A DNA stretch of 63,933 nt, the filler included, from Lenisia limosa (lineage: Eukaryota; Protista; Breviatea): assembly GCA_001655205.1 (NCBI GenBank). It is 6 parts of 6 records of this genome, joined end to end, with 100 filler letters (N's around TTAATTAATTAA, not from the genome) between each part and the next. Parts side by side here need not be neighbours in the genome. Positions count along the whole stretch, not along the records: positions 32,960 to 49,591 come from LPNZ01005959.1; 5 more parts are not named here. One strand, written 5' to 3'. The position numbers were made by a program, and so were the translations under genes. Position 1 is the first letter of the stretch. The number at the start of each line of letters is the position of its first letter. The notes beneath the pieces are model-generated. The model searched no databases. It had not been told where the DNA came from and saw nothing but the letters and a program-made list of their open reading frames with translations. Positions 36,457-49,591 of this stretch are shown one piece after another.

Positions 36457-39294
36457 ACTTGTATATCATATATAAAATTAACCTGGGTAGCACCCTGCTT
36501 CAATTTTGGGACCCAATGATATAAAAACAAGTTTTGCCTTTAAACAGTTCATAAATACTTAAAAAGTTCATAACAGAAGAGCAAGAGAAGGGTTCTTGGA
36601 GCAAAACTGGAGATAAGGCACAAACAACTCTCTTCTTGAGGGACTTTCGTTGTTTTTCATTACTTTAAATGAGTATTTATCTTTTTTATAGCGAGAAATG
36701 CAAGCTGCGTCTTGAACTGTTTCTCTTCCTCTATAGCACTCGCTAGTTAGCGCTTTTCTTTCTTTTTTTGCTCCAATATACGATATAATGACAATGTATT
36801 TGTATCAGAGTGGAACCAGTGTGTAACACATTCATTTTTGAGTAGTTGCTGTTATTGGCTCCTATCTACGTTCTCTTGCTTATGAGTAGAACAACGAAAT
36901 ATTTACTGTGGTTATCCAAAACTGGGCTTTCCTTTTATTTCCCTTCTTTCCCTCTTTAGGTCATACCTGTCTGTTATATTCTTAATAATCTTAGGAAAAT
37001 GAGTCATCTTTCCGAAGGAGGCGTTATGCTCAAGCAAAAACCTAATAATGAAAACAGCAACGCCAAAAAATTGCTAAAACAACTGAGTAGGAACCGTTAA
37101 AAATGAATCATTTGTCACAGCATTTTTTTTTCTTCTCCGTTACAAATCTAGTGGCTGTGACATACCTCTCCAGCACCAAGAGAACAAGCGTAAGAGTGGT
37201 TTCATTCTCATGATGTTTTTTCAAGTTTTTATGCCCCAGAGACCAGGGAAGCAATGGAGGAGTCCAAACTCACTAATCTAAGAGCTGTCTATGAGCGTCA
37301 AAGAAGCGTATATCACCGGTGGGGCAGCCTTACACTTTATTGAAATTATCAACCGGCTAAAGTATCATTTTTCTGGACTCTCTTTACTTAAAGGAGGAGT
37401 ATAAAGAAGTATACATTGTATCATATAAATTATGTACTTATTATCTGACCATCACTGCCCTCCCACACCCACAACAACTGTCATCGCTATCACCATTATC
37501 ACTGGTGAACCTTCGAGCAGCCTCCACGGAAAAAGTCGAGAACCTCTTCTCCTTAATGCACAGTCACCTTGAAACCTGTACTCTGCGCACGTTTCGCGAG
37601 AAAATGTTGAAAAATAATATTTGAAGAAAAGCCACACAGACGTAGCAGTACGCTTACGTGTCTAGCAAGGAATCAGCCGTAAAACTGTTGAGCTTCCAAT
37701 GACTGGGCCACGGCGTCCAAAAATTCTATTCAAGTTAAACAAAACCCAAGATGAAGAAAGAGTAAATTAATGGGAGAGGCTATTATGGACATACGATAAT
37801 TTTTTTTAAAAAAACCAACGCTGACATAGAAACAACAAACTAGAAGTCTCATAAAGAATCATCATTTTGCATATTTGCTGTTGAATTATGTTATCACCAA
37901 TCCTAAATAAGTCAGAAAAAATAAAAAAACGTATTATGTCGCCATCAGAACCAGCACAAGGGCAGTGAAATCAGTCACAAAAATATATATGTGGCAAAAC
38001 AAAAGACCAACAAAGGACCAAAACCTTTAACAGAGCGTGTGCGTGTACATACATGTTCAACGATGGGACCATTATTTTGAAGTGAACGAATCGGAGAACG
38101 GGCAAATCGCGACTAAGACAAGCAATTACAATAATATATGATACATTTGACGACAGTAGAAACATAGTTTCATTGTGAACGACTCTTCATCTGTTATGAT
38201 CGCATTTACAAAAGAGCATCCCCCAATAAACAGTCCTAACAGGGGATAAAAGACAGACACTGTATATGATAAACTACGCCATAAATATGTGGCTACACAA
38301 TTGAATACAGCATAATAAATAATAAATCTAAAGGCGGTTAAACAGGTAGAGGAAGAATTGGGGGATTTAATTGCCATGCCCCTGATCAGGGAAAAGATCA
38401 GTAATTCAGAAGAGGAAGTTTGTGGTACATATTCCAAAGTTCCCATTTTGGCAATTGATAGTTATTAATACAATAAGATAGTTAATATGAAGGGCAAAAG
38501 GCACACTTTGAGACAATAGTGTTCGTTAACAGCACTTTGCAAGTATCAAAAGGCATCTCCCTCACCATCCTTCCTGATATAAACTTAAACAAGCCAAAAA
38601 ACACCATTTCTTAGTCTTCCTTGTTTTATCGCATGGTCGGAAAAATACAGTTAACTTCCTACAAGCTTTCTTTTTTAATTGGGCACGTTTGGGGGCAGTT
38701 ATAGACTATTTTAAAACACATATTTGAAAACATCAAGTCCTCGATATGATAAAGGTAATAAAAAGAGAAAATAAGACCATAAAAATGGTCATTATACCGC
38801 CACCTGGGGATTTAGGTAATGACCGTCACCCCCCTGCTACACCCACTCCCATTGATCCCCCAGAGGCTCTTCGGGCCGGCCAGCGACCATCGGGAGCCTC
38901 TGGGAGGTTCAAGAGATCTTTTGCTCTAATTTTCGAAAATAGACTGCTTTAGGGCTATCATTTTATGAATGAACTTCGTTTTAAAAAAAGATCAGGTTCA
39001 TTTTTTAACATGAAATATGATAATATGTTGCAATGAACAAAACGATGCTAGTCGAATGTTGAAATTATGTCAAGTATCCATGTAATTTCTCATTTTAGCC
39101 TCTTAATTATCATATACGAAGGTCAATATTATATTTATAGGTTAGAAAGGGCGGGAGAGGGTGTTTTATAATTTTAGCTTTTGTGGTTAGCTTTCTTCGA
39201 GCTCTTCAGCTCTTCTCATCCTCCCAGAATCAATTATTGATTTTAAACAGCCTTTATGGATAAATCACGCCTTTTTCATTATAATCCTGGCATT

Positions 39295-40590
39295 TCTCCG
39301 CATGGAAAACTCTTGGTCTCAAGGCTCCAATGTTTACAAAGGAACCGTCTTTCTCCTCGATGTACGCTCTATTTTATTTTTTCTGAGAAATTGAACATTG
39401 TCACTTTTTATTAGGATTTCAATGACGAACCCCGTTATAATTTTTTTTATTGACTTAACATTCTCCAACCATGTTATAAGATTTGTGAACCTTCGCTCAG
39501 GAACAGTATGTTAAATTTCTGGTGTTATATCTTCTTCAAGATGATGATTGCACCATTTTTGGCGTAATTTTTAAGGACGAAAAAACAATTTTCCGAAGCG
39601 AGGATTGCGTTTCTTGGGCAAGTGTCTGGAAGATTACCAATGCCGCCTTCCAGTCAATGGAAAACCCAAAGACTGCAAACTTGAAGAAGTACCAGTCTGC
39701 AAGTCAGTTTTTTAAAGCAATGTGATTGAAGTTTTTTTTTAAGAAAAATAACAAATTATGCTTCTGAAAACAAACCGGAAGGTGCTGAAGAAACTTGTGA
39801 TGAGGCTGAAAAGGCTTTTGTGAAGATAGTTGAGTAACATAATTTTTTTGGAATCTCCTGAAGGCGAAGTGATACTAGATATTCTAAAATCTGCCAAAAG
39901 CAGTAAAGAGGCAAAAGAATTGTTTATGACTCAATGGGCTTCACAAATGCGGGAAAAGATGAGTTTGTCTTTTTTTGGTGATATAGAAAAGGAATTTTGA
40001 TCTGTGAAACAGAAGCCGTACAGCTCAACTATAAGCTTGGCCACTCTTGAAAAGCTCTCACCTTTTGATTTGTTTTCTATATTAACACGATCTTATTGCC
40101 CAAATGAAAAAAAACTTCCCACTCAGAATGCGACTGTTCTCGCTTCTTGCTGAGGAAGCAGATGTGGTGTCTCTCCCAATTGAGAGTATGTACCTCTTCT
40201 GAGGTAAACTTGTCGTTGTTTTTTCATTATTGTTTTAGCTCTTATTAGATTTGCTTGTCATCAAAAATTTTAGCTGCAAGTCATGGTGTTTCGTCAACTG
40301 TTTGTTTTAATTAATCACAGTTCATCTCAACGGTATCCAAAATCTGTCTGACATTTTTCTCCGGCTACTACAACGAGCATATCCATAAGGTGAACGCAAA
40401 TTCAATTGAAAACCTCAAAAAAAAACGAATGAAACGTAACCCTGAGATCATCTTGTATAATATTTACGATAACTATTCTTGTAATAGGGTAATTGTGGAT
40501 TCACACAAATGCAGACCCAACTCTTGAATTGGCTCTTGGTGGAACAGAGGGTCACGAAAACGTACGTGAATTCTTTGGATGGTAGTAATC
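39295..40590 (+). pseudogene. Decayed multi-exon coding relic of unknown family, convergent with the helicase relic
   Basis: Exon-like segments with in-frame stops: AWKTLGLKAPMFTKEP; LQDDDCTIFGVIFKDEK; FPLRMRLFSLLAEEAD; KICLTFFSGYYNEHIHK; PTLELALGGTEGHENVREFF. Confidence 0.35.
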
Positions 40591-40858
40591 CCGAAGATAG
40601 CGGGTCGTGGAAGTCAGAGTTGGTTCTTCATTATAGTTTGCCCATCATTTCATCTTCACAGTCTTGGTTTCACCAGCGATCGGTGAGAATGTCGGTACAT
40701 TTTGGCCGCTGAAAAATGGACTAAGTTGCTGCCGCAGACCAAATGTAAGTACAAGCACTGATTTTTCTTGTATATTTCATCCGTTTAATATCCTCGAAAT
40801 ATCATCTAAAGGTCTACCCCGTTGCCTAAGACCCTATGAGAATACATGGCAATGACTC

Positions 40859-41953
40859 TTATGGAGCTGATTTTTTAGCGCGGAGGTTTCCTGATTCGGC
40901 ACCCCAAAAAGTGGCCAATGATGGTAGTGTGACAGGTATGTGTACAATCTCACAGTAATCTTCAGGCCAATTAAAGGCAATTTCCCAAATGAGAAAATTG
41001 AGAACAATATTCGGTGACTCAATAAAAAGTGGTCGAATTGGTGATGTAAGCCAAGAAAACAACAACAACAGAACTTACAGCACTACAATTGAATTTATTG
41101 TACAATGCTGTAAGAGCAGAAAAAATTGCTTCTGTTAACTCTTCAGTCATAGGTAAAAGGAAATTGTATTTTTTGATGCTTTATTCTTTTTCCAGTTCTC
41201 AGTTATTTTATATTATTAGAACAAGAAAACTCAGAAAGCTCTCCAGATAATAGCGAACCCCGGGTTACAACATGCGTAGGATTTTCTTGTTTTAACAGCA
41301 CAGAAACGACGTGGATTCCTACATTTATCAATGAACATTCTACAAAGTGAACAGACTACTAATTTTGGTGAGGTGCAAATATAGTAACAATTCAGATTAC
41401 TACATGGAGTTGATGCTAAGGTACCCCAAAGACCGCCAGTTCAATCATGAAAATAAATGAACAATGCCTCGGGTGACATGTAGTCTGCAGGATTACCCAA
41501 TAAAACCTCGCTTACAAGCCAGTCTTTTCCCAGGAACTGCGGAAGGAATTTTCAACATTGTTTTTTCTTTCAAAATAATGGACTTCACTTCATTAATCCC
41601 CCCCTCCATCCACTGTACTCCTGCTCAGTGATGTCCACCAGAGGAAGGATGAAGACGCCAATATCCTTGTCAGGTGGTGACAATAATAAAGTAGACTACA
41701 CATAAGAAGACATTTTTTGACAAACCGTGACAACCAAGGTCTTTCCAGTCATAGTTTCATAGTAAACAACCGCACTCTTCCCACTCAAAAGAGTGTCGAT
41801 TGCCTCCCACTGAAACGTTGCAACGTCCTGAGTTACAACAAATTTCTCACTATGCTTAAAGTAGAGCTTAGTATATGCATCTCTTGTTGAAAAAACCGGG
41901 TTTGCTTTGAAAAATGAAAAAGCTTTCGCGTTCATGTGAGTGTTCGCCTTCAT
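40859..41953 (-). pseudogene. Degenerate RecQ-like superfamily-2 helicase
   Basis: FQWEAIDTLLSGKSAVVYYETMTGKTLV (Q motif and Walker A), GVFILPLVDITEQE (Ia), YMSPEAL (Ib), MFIDKC (degenerate motif II), FSALTA (III), IVHIPVTLPSLATFWGAESG (weak V-VI); stops and frameshifts present. Confidence 0.45.
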
Positions 41954-42167
41954 GTATGGTCACCTAATAGTACAATATAATATGCATGCATATGATATGT
42001 ATATGCTGCTCCGCATAAACCTTGTGATTAATGAAATTTGGGTCTTTTTGCCTGTAAAACCGGGTATAAATTGCTTGATTTTATCTTTAATACTGTTAAA
42101 GTGATAGATTTAAACATTAGTTACTAGTCCCTCATAGAGTAAGCGAAACCTGCTCCCAAAAAGAAGA

Positions 42168-42234
42168 AAAAAGAAGAAAAAAAGAAGAAAAAAGAAAAAA
42201 AGAAAAAAAGAAAAAAAGAAAAGAAAAGAAAAAA
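42168..42234. repeat. A-rich (AAAAAAG)n tract
   Basis: aaaaagaagaaaaaagaagaaaaaaagaag... directly visible. Confidence 0.8.
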
Positions 42235-42480
42235 GCCACCAGAGTACCGGCCCGGACTATTTAATTGTGTTTTTTGTGTTACAGTAACTATATTTCAAGA
42301 GCTGACAAGAAGGCAACTCAAACTTAAGTGGGATTCTGTTGATTTTGTAAAAATATTATCCAATCTTGGGTCAGAAAAAAATATTTAGTATTTTTAAAAA
42401 AAGGGGTTCGAAGAAATTTATTTTTTCGAAACCCCCCAGATTTAGAAGAAGCGGTAATCAAGCAATTGGTTAAGAACCCA

Positions 42481-43070
42481 TCAAAACTTGCCTCCCTGTT
42501 GTTCATCGACATGTACCTAGACGACGCTATGGGTTCCGCAACTTCAATCACCATTGCACGTTATTGCCTGTTAGTCTGCACCCCCAACAACTACAAGATC
42601 CAATACGCACCAAATAAACTGCAGCTCCCAGCCACACGCTCTACTCACTTGGCTATCACCCTAGACACCATGAAAATGACCGCCGAAATTCCTCCAGCCA
42701 AGGTCAGATCTTACATCCGTACTATAAATGACACCCTCACTAAAGGAACAGCATCAAGTAAGAAAGGACAATCCATCGGAGAATGTTTCAATCCTCGTTG
42801 GCATCGACAACACCAACGCAATGGAGTGGTTCAAGAAAGGAGGAACAGCGTCAGACTCTGGCTCTGAAAAAATCTCGAATTCACAGTACAGGACAATTGT
42901 CAACAAATCCCTTCAGTCCTGTGTTCTCAAATGCATGGACAGAAGTAATACACCTTGCATACATTGCATCTGAGGACAACACAAACGCCGACGGTGCAAG
43001 CCGGGAACGTTTCACCCCGAATTTTGTCAATGCTAACGTTGCTGAATACATGTCCCTTTTGTAAAACTAG
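42481..43070 (+). mobile_element. DIRS/Ngaro-type (tyrosine-recombinase retrotransposon) RT-RNase H relic, internally deleted and frameshifted
   Basis: IDMYLDDAMG (YLDD at 42514-42525); KLQLPATRSTHLAITLDTMKMTAEIPPAKV (DIRS RT thumb pattern); VSILVGIDNTNAMEWFKKGG and YIASEDNTNADGASR (DIRS-type RNase H motifs). Confidence 0.8.
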
Positions 43071-43671
43071 CTTCCACAAATGTAGTAACCATCCAAAATC
43101 AGCATAAGTCACATAGTAATACATACTACCCGTAATATATGATACGTTTGAGAATAATAACTCAGCTTTCACATCCGAGCTGAGATCCTAATCGCAGGAT
43201 GTAATGAAACAAAGAGTAAGAAGTATATGATCTCATATAATATAGTACAGGTTGGTGTTTAACCACAAACATGATTAAAACCTCGAACACGCCAAAAATC
43301 GACATAAATCGCTTTAATAACATCCTTTTTAGTATGAAATTCGGCAGTTTTGAGTACTAGACTGTCAATAACATCAAAACAAAGAAATTTTGAGCAAAAA
43401 GAAGAAAAAAAGAGGAGACAAAAATCGAAAAAGATCTTTTGACCAGAATCGAACACGGCCCAGTTTCCTTTACGCGGAAATTTTTTTTGAAACCCCCCTC
43501 TTTCAGAATAATAGCATTTTGAGCCTATTGAAGTGCCCCACTATAGAAACGCAGATTTTTATGGATAATTCGAATTTGAAGTCCATTTTTGGAAAAAATG
43601 TAGTGGTTTTGAGTAACTGTTTTTTCAAGAATTTTCCTTGTTCAGTCTCAATAATGGAGCCAATGGACGAA

Positions 43672-44120
43672 ATTAAAGTATATGCTGCGTCAACAACTCT
43701 TTTACCGTTGTGGAACGGCACAAAAGGTAAGAGTCAAATTCGCTTGATTTATTAACATCTTCTATCATATTATCGCCCATTTATGGGTAATTTGTCTTGT
43801 TTTCTCTACTTATATGCCTCAAGGTTACTCAAGAGTGAAACAAATCAAATCTGATGGTGCAAGAACGTCTTCACTTTATTGCAAGGACAATTCTAGGCCC
43901 ATAATCAGTGTTTTAAATGTATTTCGCATTAAAAAATTAAAGTTCCATGAAGGTATTTTGCATCTAATATGTTAATACCCCTGCCTATTCTTATGAATAA
44001 AACCTTGTATAAAGGTGTGTTTCTGGCGATAATTTGCAAAAAATGCAAAAGAGGCGTAAATAAGGAGCGTATTGGCTCAAAAATTGAAAGAACAGCCTAC
44101 TTTTTGTTCGCGGTTTTAAT
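43672..44120 (+). repeat. Copy 2 of the dispersed intron-containing decayed coding module
   Basis: IKVYAASTTLLPLWNGTK / intron 43727-43823 / GYSRVKQIKSDGARTSSLY; similarity to 33355-33740 continues to TTCGCGGTTTTAAT. Confidence 0.7.
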
Positions 44121-45564
44121 CATGTTCGGTCATTTTTCAGCGGACCAAATATGCCAACTTTGTAACATACATATATCCGAGGACCTCGATGTCATTTGTT
44201 ATTCAAAAAAAAGGTGGCAAACAACTGATTTGGATGTTAAAAAAATGTTATTAAAAAGATCCACTTGAGTAGCTTAAAAAGAGGGGGTCAAAATAAAAAA
44301 AACTCCGTGAAAAGGGGGTGAACTGAATTTCCGAAACTTTCAAAAAAAAAATTGTTTTTTTTTTAATTTTTACTTTCAGCTGGTTAGAATAGTGAAATAT
44401 TAGATTCTTGAGGTCTTATGGCGCCATTTATTCAAAAGTGATAGGATATCCCAAAAACAACGGGGTTTTGGCGCACGAGCATATATTACACATGTATATG
44501 ATATGTTTTTCATCTCTATATAGCAGATATGCTGGGGTGTATTCATCTATAGTAGCTCCGTGCAAATGAGAGGAGAGGTTCTTGGTGTCCTTCGTTATTC
44601 ATTAAAATAGCTAAACAGTTACGTTCATCTTCCAACGAATACTCACAAACAAGGAGAAGAAACGCGATCGAAGAGGTGCAGATTGCTTGTAGTAATAGAT
44701 AGAGCTCAAAGTCAAAATAAATAATTCTTCTATTCTTCTTTTCTGTTTGAAAGTTTAAAATAGAAAAAAGGGGAGGGAAAGGGGCAGTGGCAGTTCAAAA
44801 AGAGATTGTGACGTACGGTCCGGGCGGATTTGATGTTACTATCCAAGCCCTTCATCTCAGTTTTTTGGGCAATAAAAATTTAAGAGTATGATGTTCTATA
44901 CACTAGAATATAGACACGACGAAATAACACGGTTTACAATGAGGCTTTGCTTTCTTTAATTTCGTATAGAGTTCATCCGACACCTGAGGCAGAGACTTTT
45001 AACTGCTTTTAAAATATATTTCACTTAAATTAATTGTTGTTGCAGTGGAGAAAAGGGGGGAGAACTTAACTTTCCAGAGTCTTACGACGGAGGTAGTAAG
45101 ACGCAGGCGGGTTCAGATGGACCCACTCACACAAAGGGTGGTTTAGCCATTGGGTAGTAGAATATATATTATATCTGGGGATATCAACTTGTTGAGTATA
45201 TTTGCAGGTTCCAGCGTCAATCTCCCACTCTTTGCTTGACAAAAAAACTTGATTGCGCGGATCAAAAAATAATCTGATTGACGGGGTTCAATCGTTCACA
45301 AAATTATACGACTGGCAGTGTGCGGAATTTCATCAGAGTACGAACTAATTTTACATCACAGTACGAACTTATTTTTCTCATCAGAGTACGAACTTATGTA
45401 TTTGGTGTTTACCAAACTGTTTTTAAAATATTATGATATAAATCAATCATCATAATATTATTCACATCACTTTGCTGTGAACAAGGCAAAAGATGCGTTC
45501 AAACAATCGAAAAAGGTTGGTTCATGATTATTATTGCCTTTAATCCTTTTAGATTGGATACAAA

Positions 45565-47214
45565 ATGTCTCAAGTCGAAGTTACTTCTGTGATGCAGCTG
45601 GATGATCCTCAACAGCGTGGAAATGAGAAGAAGGCTCTTGAAGTTATGCGAGAAGCCTACCCACCAGCAAAAGACCTTGATGACTCAAGAAGAAGTGCCA
45701 GTCAGGTTTGTAGGAAACTAATCTGTGATACTCATTCATAATTTTGACAACTTCAGCCAGAGAATGCAACCCGCATCTCACGTGGGTTCAATGCAAGCCG
45801 GAGACAGTATTCTCACATAGTTCATGCACAACAAGGAAGCAAGGAGTCTCCAAAAGCTCNNNNNNNNNNAAAATGCCTATGGAGTGGCCACAAGTATTGA
45901 TTTATCGCAAAGGTCCTCCATACTGCAAGGCTGGGACGAGATCTACAATACATTGAAGGTTAGTAAAAACTACTATATTATTGTTATCAGTTTTTTTGTC
46001 GGCCTTTGTATATTCTATATATGTATTACATGTATTATATAAATAACTCGTCAGCAATCGAACGCCTGGGGGAGCCTTCTACATAATTTGAAAGCTACTA
46101 CCTCAAGCAAGCTGCAACTCTTCTTGGACACACGTACACAAAGCTAAAAAAAGGATTTGCTCCAGGTTAGTAGGTGCTTATTATTATTATTATTATTGTT
46201 TTTTTAATAGTATTGGGGAGATACGCAGAAAGCTGTGTAAAGAAGCGTTGAGAGGCAAATGATTGGGTAAATTAATACTAGACTATATTCCAGTATCTCT
46301 GATAGTGTGATGGTGTGAAAGGCTTCGGTCAGATACAATCGTGTTTTATTTCTTATTTCTACATATTGTTCATTGATACTAACAAACCAGGATATGAAAG
46401 AAGAACGCCAGAGGAATAAAATTTCTCATCTTTGGTCTTATATTTCTTACAAAAAGAGTTCTAACTGAGCAGGACGGATTCTTTGGAGATAAGACCGCAT
46501 TCAGCCCGGCCTACTTTACTGGCATCAAAGGTGACATCATGGCAACGGCTCTGTACATGTCCCGAATGACAGGCGAATATGCACCAGCTTTAATCATCAT
46601 TGGTGGTGACAGCCTGTTCGTGATGCTGAAGTGTGTGGAGGTGAAATGCTGGAACTAATTTATGTTTCTATCCCAAAATGTGGAGACAAATTTTGCGACG
46701 CTGTATCTAACTGGTACAAAGATAATCCTGTTGAATTGAGACCAAACCTGTTCAAGCCTTCCAAGACCACTGAGGAGAACTAATTGTTTCTGCATCGGCA
46801 TAACAAATAGCTCATTCTACTCAACAATGTCACTTTTCCAAGCTTGCTAAGTACCTCAATGCATCTTCTTCAAACTCTAAGATCCTTGTAACAGGGGGGT
46901 GACGGTGCAACTCCTGTGTATCTCATGATTAAAAATTGTTTATTATATAATCAATCATAACAGTATAGTATATATATATATGATGCATAATACAGATATG
47001 ATAACTATTTGACGACTTATTTGACGACTTACTTCCTCTATCAGCAAGATCAAGAAGGGAAACGTAGTTCTGGAGAACTGTAGATTGTAAACCTGTGTTG
47101 ACTTTTGCTGAAGAGAGCCTACCTGATGGAAGAACAATACAAATTGACAAGGCAGTCACAACGAACAGAATCCTGTCTGAACGGAGGACTTTCATCCTGC
47201 CCAACTGCGATTGA
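45565..47214 (+). pseudogene. Orphan multi-exon gene or pseudogene
   Basis: ATG 45565 (MSQVEVTSVMQLDDPQQRGNEKKALEVMREAYPP), GT-AG-bounded exons (SSILQGWDEIYNTLK; YFTGIKGDIMATALYMSRMTG), last exon ending TGA 47214; at least one in-frame stop near 46085. Confidence 0.4.
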
Positions 47215-49591
47215 TAGATTGATAGATTGATAGATATATTGCTATATTCTTATATTCTCTTCTGTTTTTCTTCCCTCTCCTATTTTAATGCTTTTTCAAT
47301 TTGATTTTCGCTCTGCATACGGCTGCACGGACTACCTGAATAAATTTTGGTCCCATTTGAGTCTCCAAAATGTTGTTTCCCATGTTGCTTTTTGAGTTTG
47401 TGCTGAAGTCGGCCAGCTGAATTCGGCAAACGGGCCTGCCAATGAAAAAGGGCAAAAAAAATGGTTGAATACGAGTACAAATTCGGCAAATCAGTCGAAA
47501 TCGCCGAATTTGCTGAGAAGTTCTTGCAGAGTGTTTTTGAAAGAGAAAACAGGGTGGTTTAGGGGTACCAGCAGACCGGGCCAAAATTGCCATTTCGGTA
47601 GCTGCCCGAAGAGATGCTGTCATACGGCGCCGTAGGCTTAAATCCGAGCCAACATACACTTTTATTCCCATTAGAGCCGGGAAGAAAATCTATTTTGAAG
47701 AATATTAGGTATGAATTTAACAGTGAAACCTCTTGTTGCTCCTTTTGCGAAAATATACACTAATAATGATTCTACATTGTTTTCGAGGGTCTTTGGAAGA
47801 CGACAATACTCTTTTACACTCCACATTTTTGTTAACAAAATCAGAGATTATGTCATATCTCAAAAAATTACTGATCAATGATATGCCTTTTTTGCTCCAC
47901 TCTTTGCTCCTGGGATTGAGATTATGTTCGTTTACAATACAGAACAGTCGACTGATGGACTCTTTGGAACCAACTAATTTTTTTGGTTTACACCCTTCCA
48001 TCCCCATCCTTCCAATCCATATCATGCCTGTTTCTTTAACCCTTCTTACCTTTATTTAGCTTTGGCCTTTATTATTGAAATAATATTTCCTTGATCACGT
48101 ATGCCTGGTTTTGATTGAGTTTGCTGCTTGGGTTCTTTATCTAACTTCCATCTCATATGTTTTAGCTCTTTTTGACTAAAAACACTTTGAACGTCAGCCT
48201 CGGCTTCCGATGGCAGACGTCTACAATCTCTTACGAGAGAACATTGTCACCTCGAATGGTACGGCTTTTGATGAAGAAAAAAGCTCAATTTGTGCATATT
48301 GTGATACTCCATGCAATCTTTTCTGTCATAATGAAAGTAAATTCCACTATTGTTATCGCTTTTTGCTTTGTCTCATCATGAATATTATTTCCTTTTCTTC
48401 TTCTCAGATTGATACTTTTTTCAAAATCCTAGGGCATGCAACCACCATCGTGTCAGGAAACAAAACCATTTTCGATGCCACCATTTGTTGAAAGTACAAA
48501 GCAGAAAAAACTACAAGTATTGAGATTGCTAGACTTGAAAAGGCCAAAAAGAATCAGCTACAGATTGAAACAAATAAGCAACCAAGAAAAGCACAACAAA
48601 AGCTACCAGTTTCAAAGTCTGCCTTATTTTCTTACTCAGTTTTTTCAAATGGGGATGTATTTGTTGTAACTCCTACCAAAGTAGTTTCTACCACCTCTAT
48701 TCAAAATGGGATTTATTGAACTACTTTTTTTGAAAAATCACTTTTCCCAAAAACAGATGTTATTTTTCCACCATGACCTCCTTGTCTTGGAATTTGGGTT
48801 GACGATGAGGTATGTAACGTATTCCACTAATAAAGTACTATCTATTATTAAAGAAAAGATAATACACCAACCTTGTATACGACTCTCCTGAGACAATTGA
48901 CGCTGACCTCCTTGTCTTGGTATTGGGGTTGGGAAGACATATTTTCAGAAGAGGACGACGAGGAGATTCAGACCGTATAGTACATATTATATCATATACT
49001 ATATCAAGAACGATGACCCTAATTAATATCATCTCCCATCAATAATACCAAAAATAAAATCTTCCCATATTTCTCCATCCCAATAATATAAAGGTCAGTA
49101 AATAAAAAGGGGCCCAGTGCATAAAAAGGGGCCCAAGGGAATATAAAGGGGCCCAGTTTTTGAAAAATGTCTTTTTTTGAGGATAGTCTTCTTTTTGCTC
49201 TGTTTAAGTGTACATTTCTTCTCAGAATGAGGAAGAGAAAGCGTTTCTGCAAATGGTATGATTGGTGTGTTTAGATGATAAAAAGGGGTTTTTTTATTCT
49301 GATTGCGGTTTTGCTTGGCATTGAAAGTTGTCTTGCCCCTTTTGATTTCAATACTGGCGGGTTTTATATCAATTAAACGAGTTGTATCTTTTTTTTTTCA
49401 TCGCCAGTCATCTCCCACTTTTGCCGTAAGAACATTCATTTTCCAAAATATGAAACCTCTTATTACCTCCTAAGTTCGGTGTAAAAGAAGAGACTAAGGT
49501 TGAACTGATTGACGATGGAGAGACTGGAGAGTCTATCAAAGAGACAAAGCCGATAGAGAATGGAAGCGAGAACAGCGCTATTGAGGAGGAG

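Noticed and set aside
45079-45145. Three consecutive small hairpins as an ncRNA
   Set aside because: Stems are only 4-7 bp, expected by chance, with no recognisable RNA family motif.
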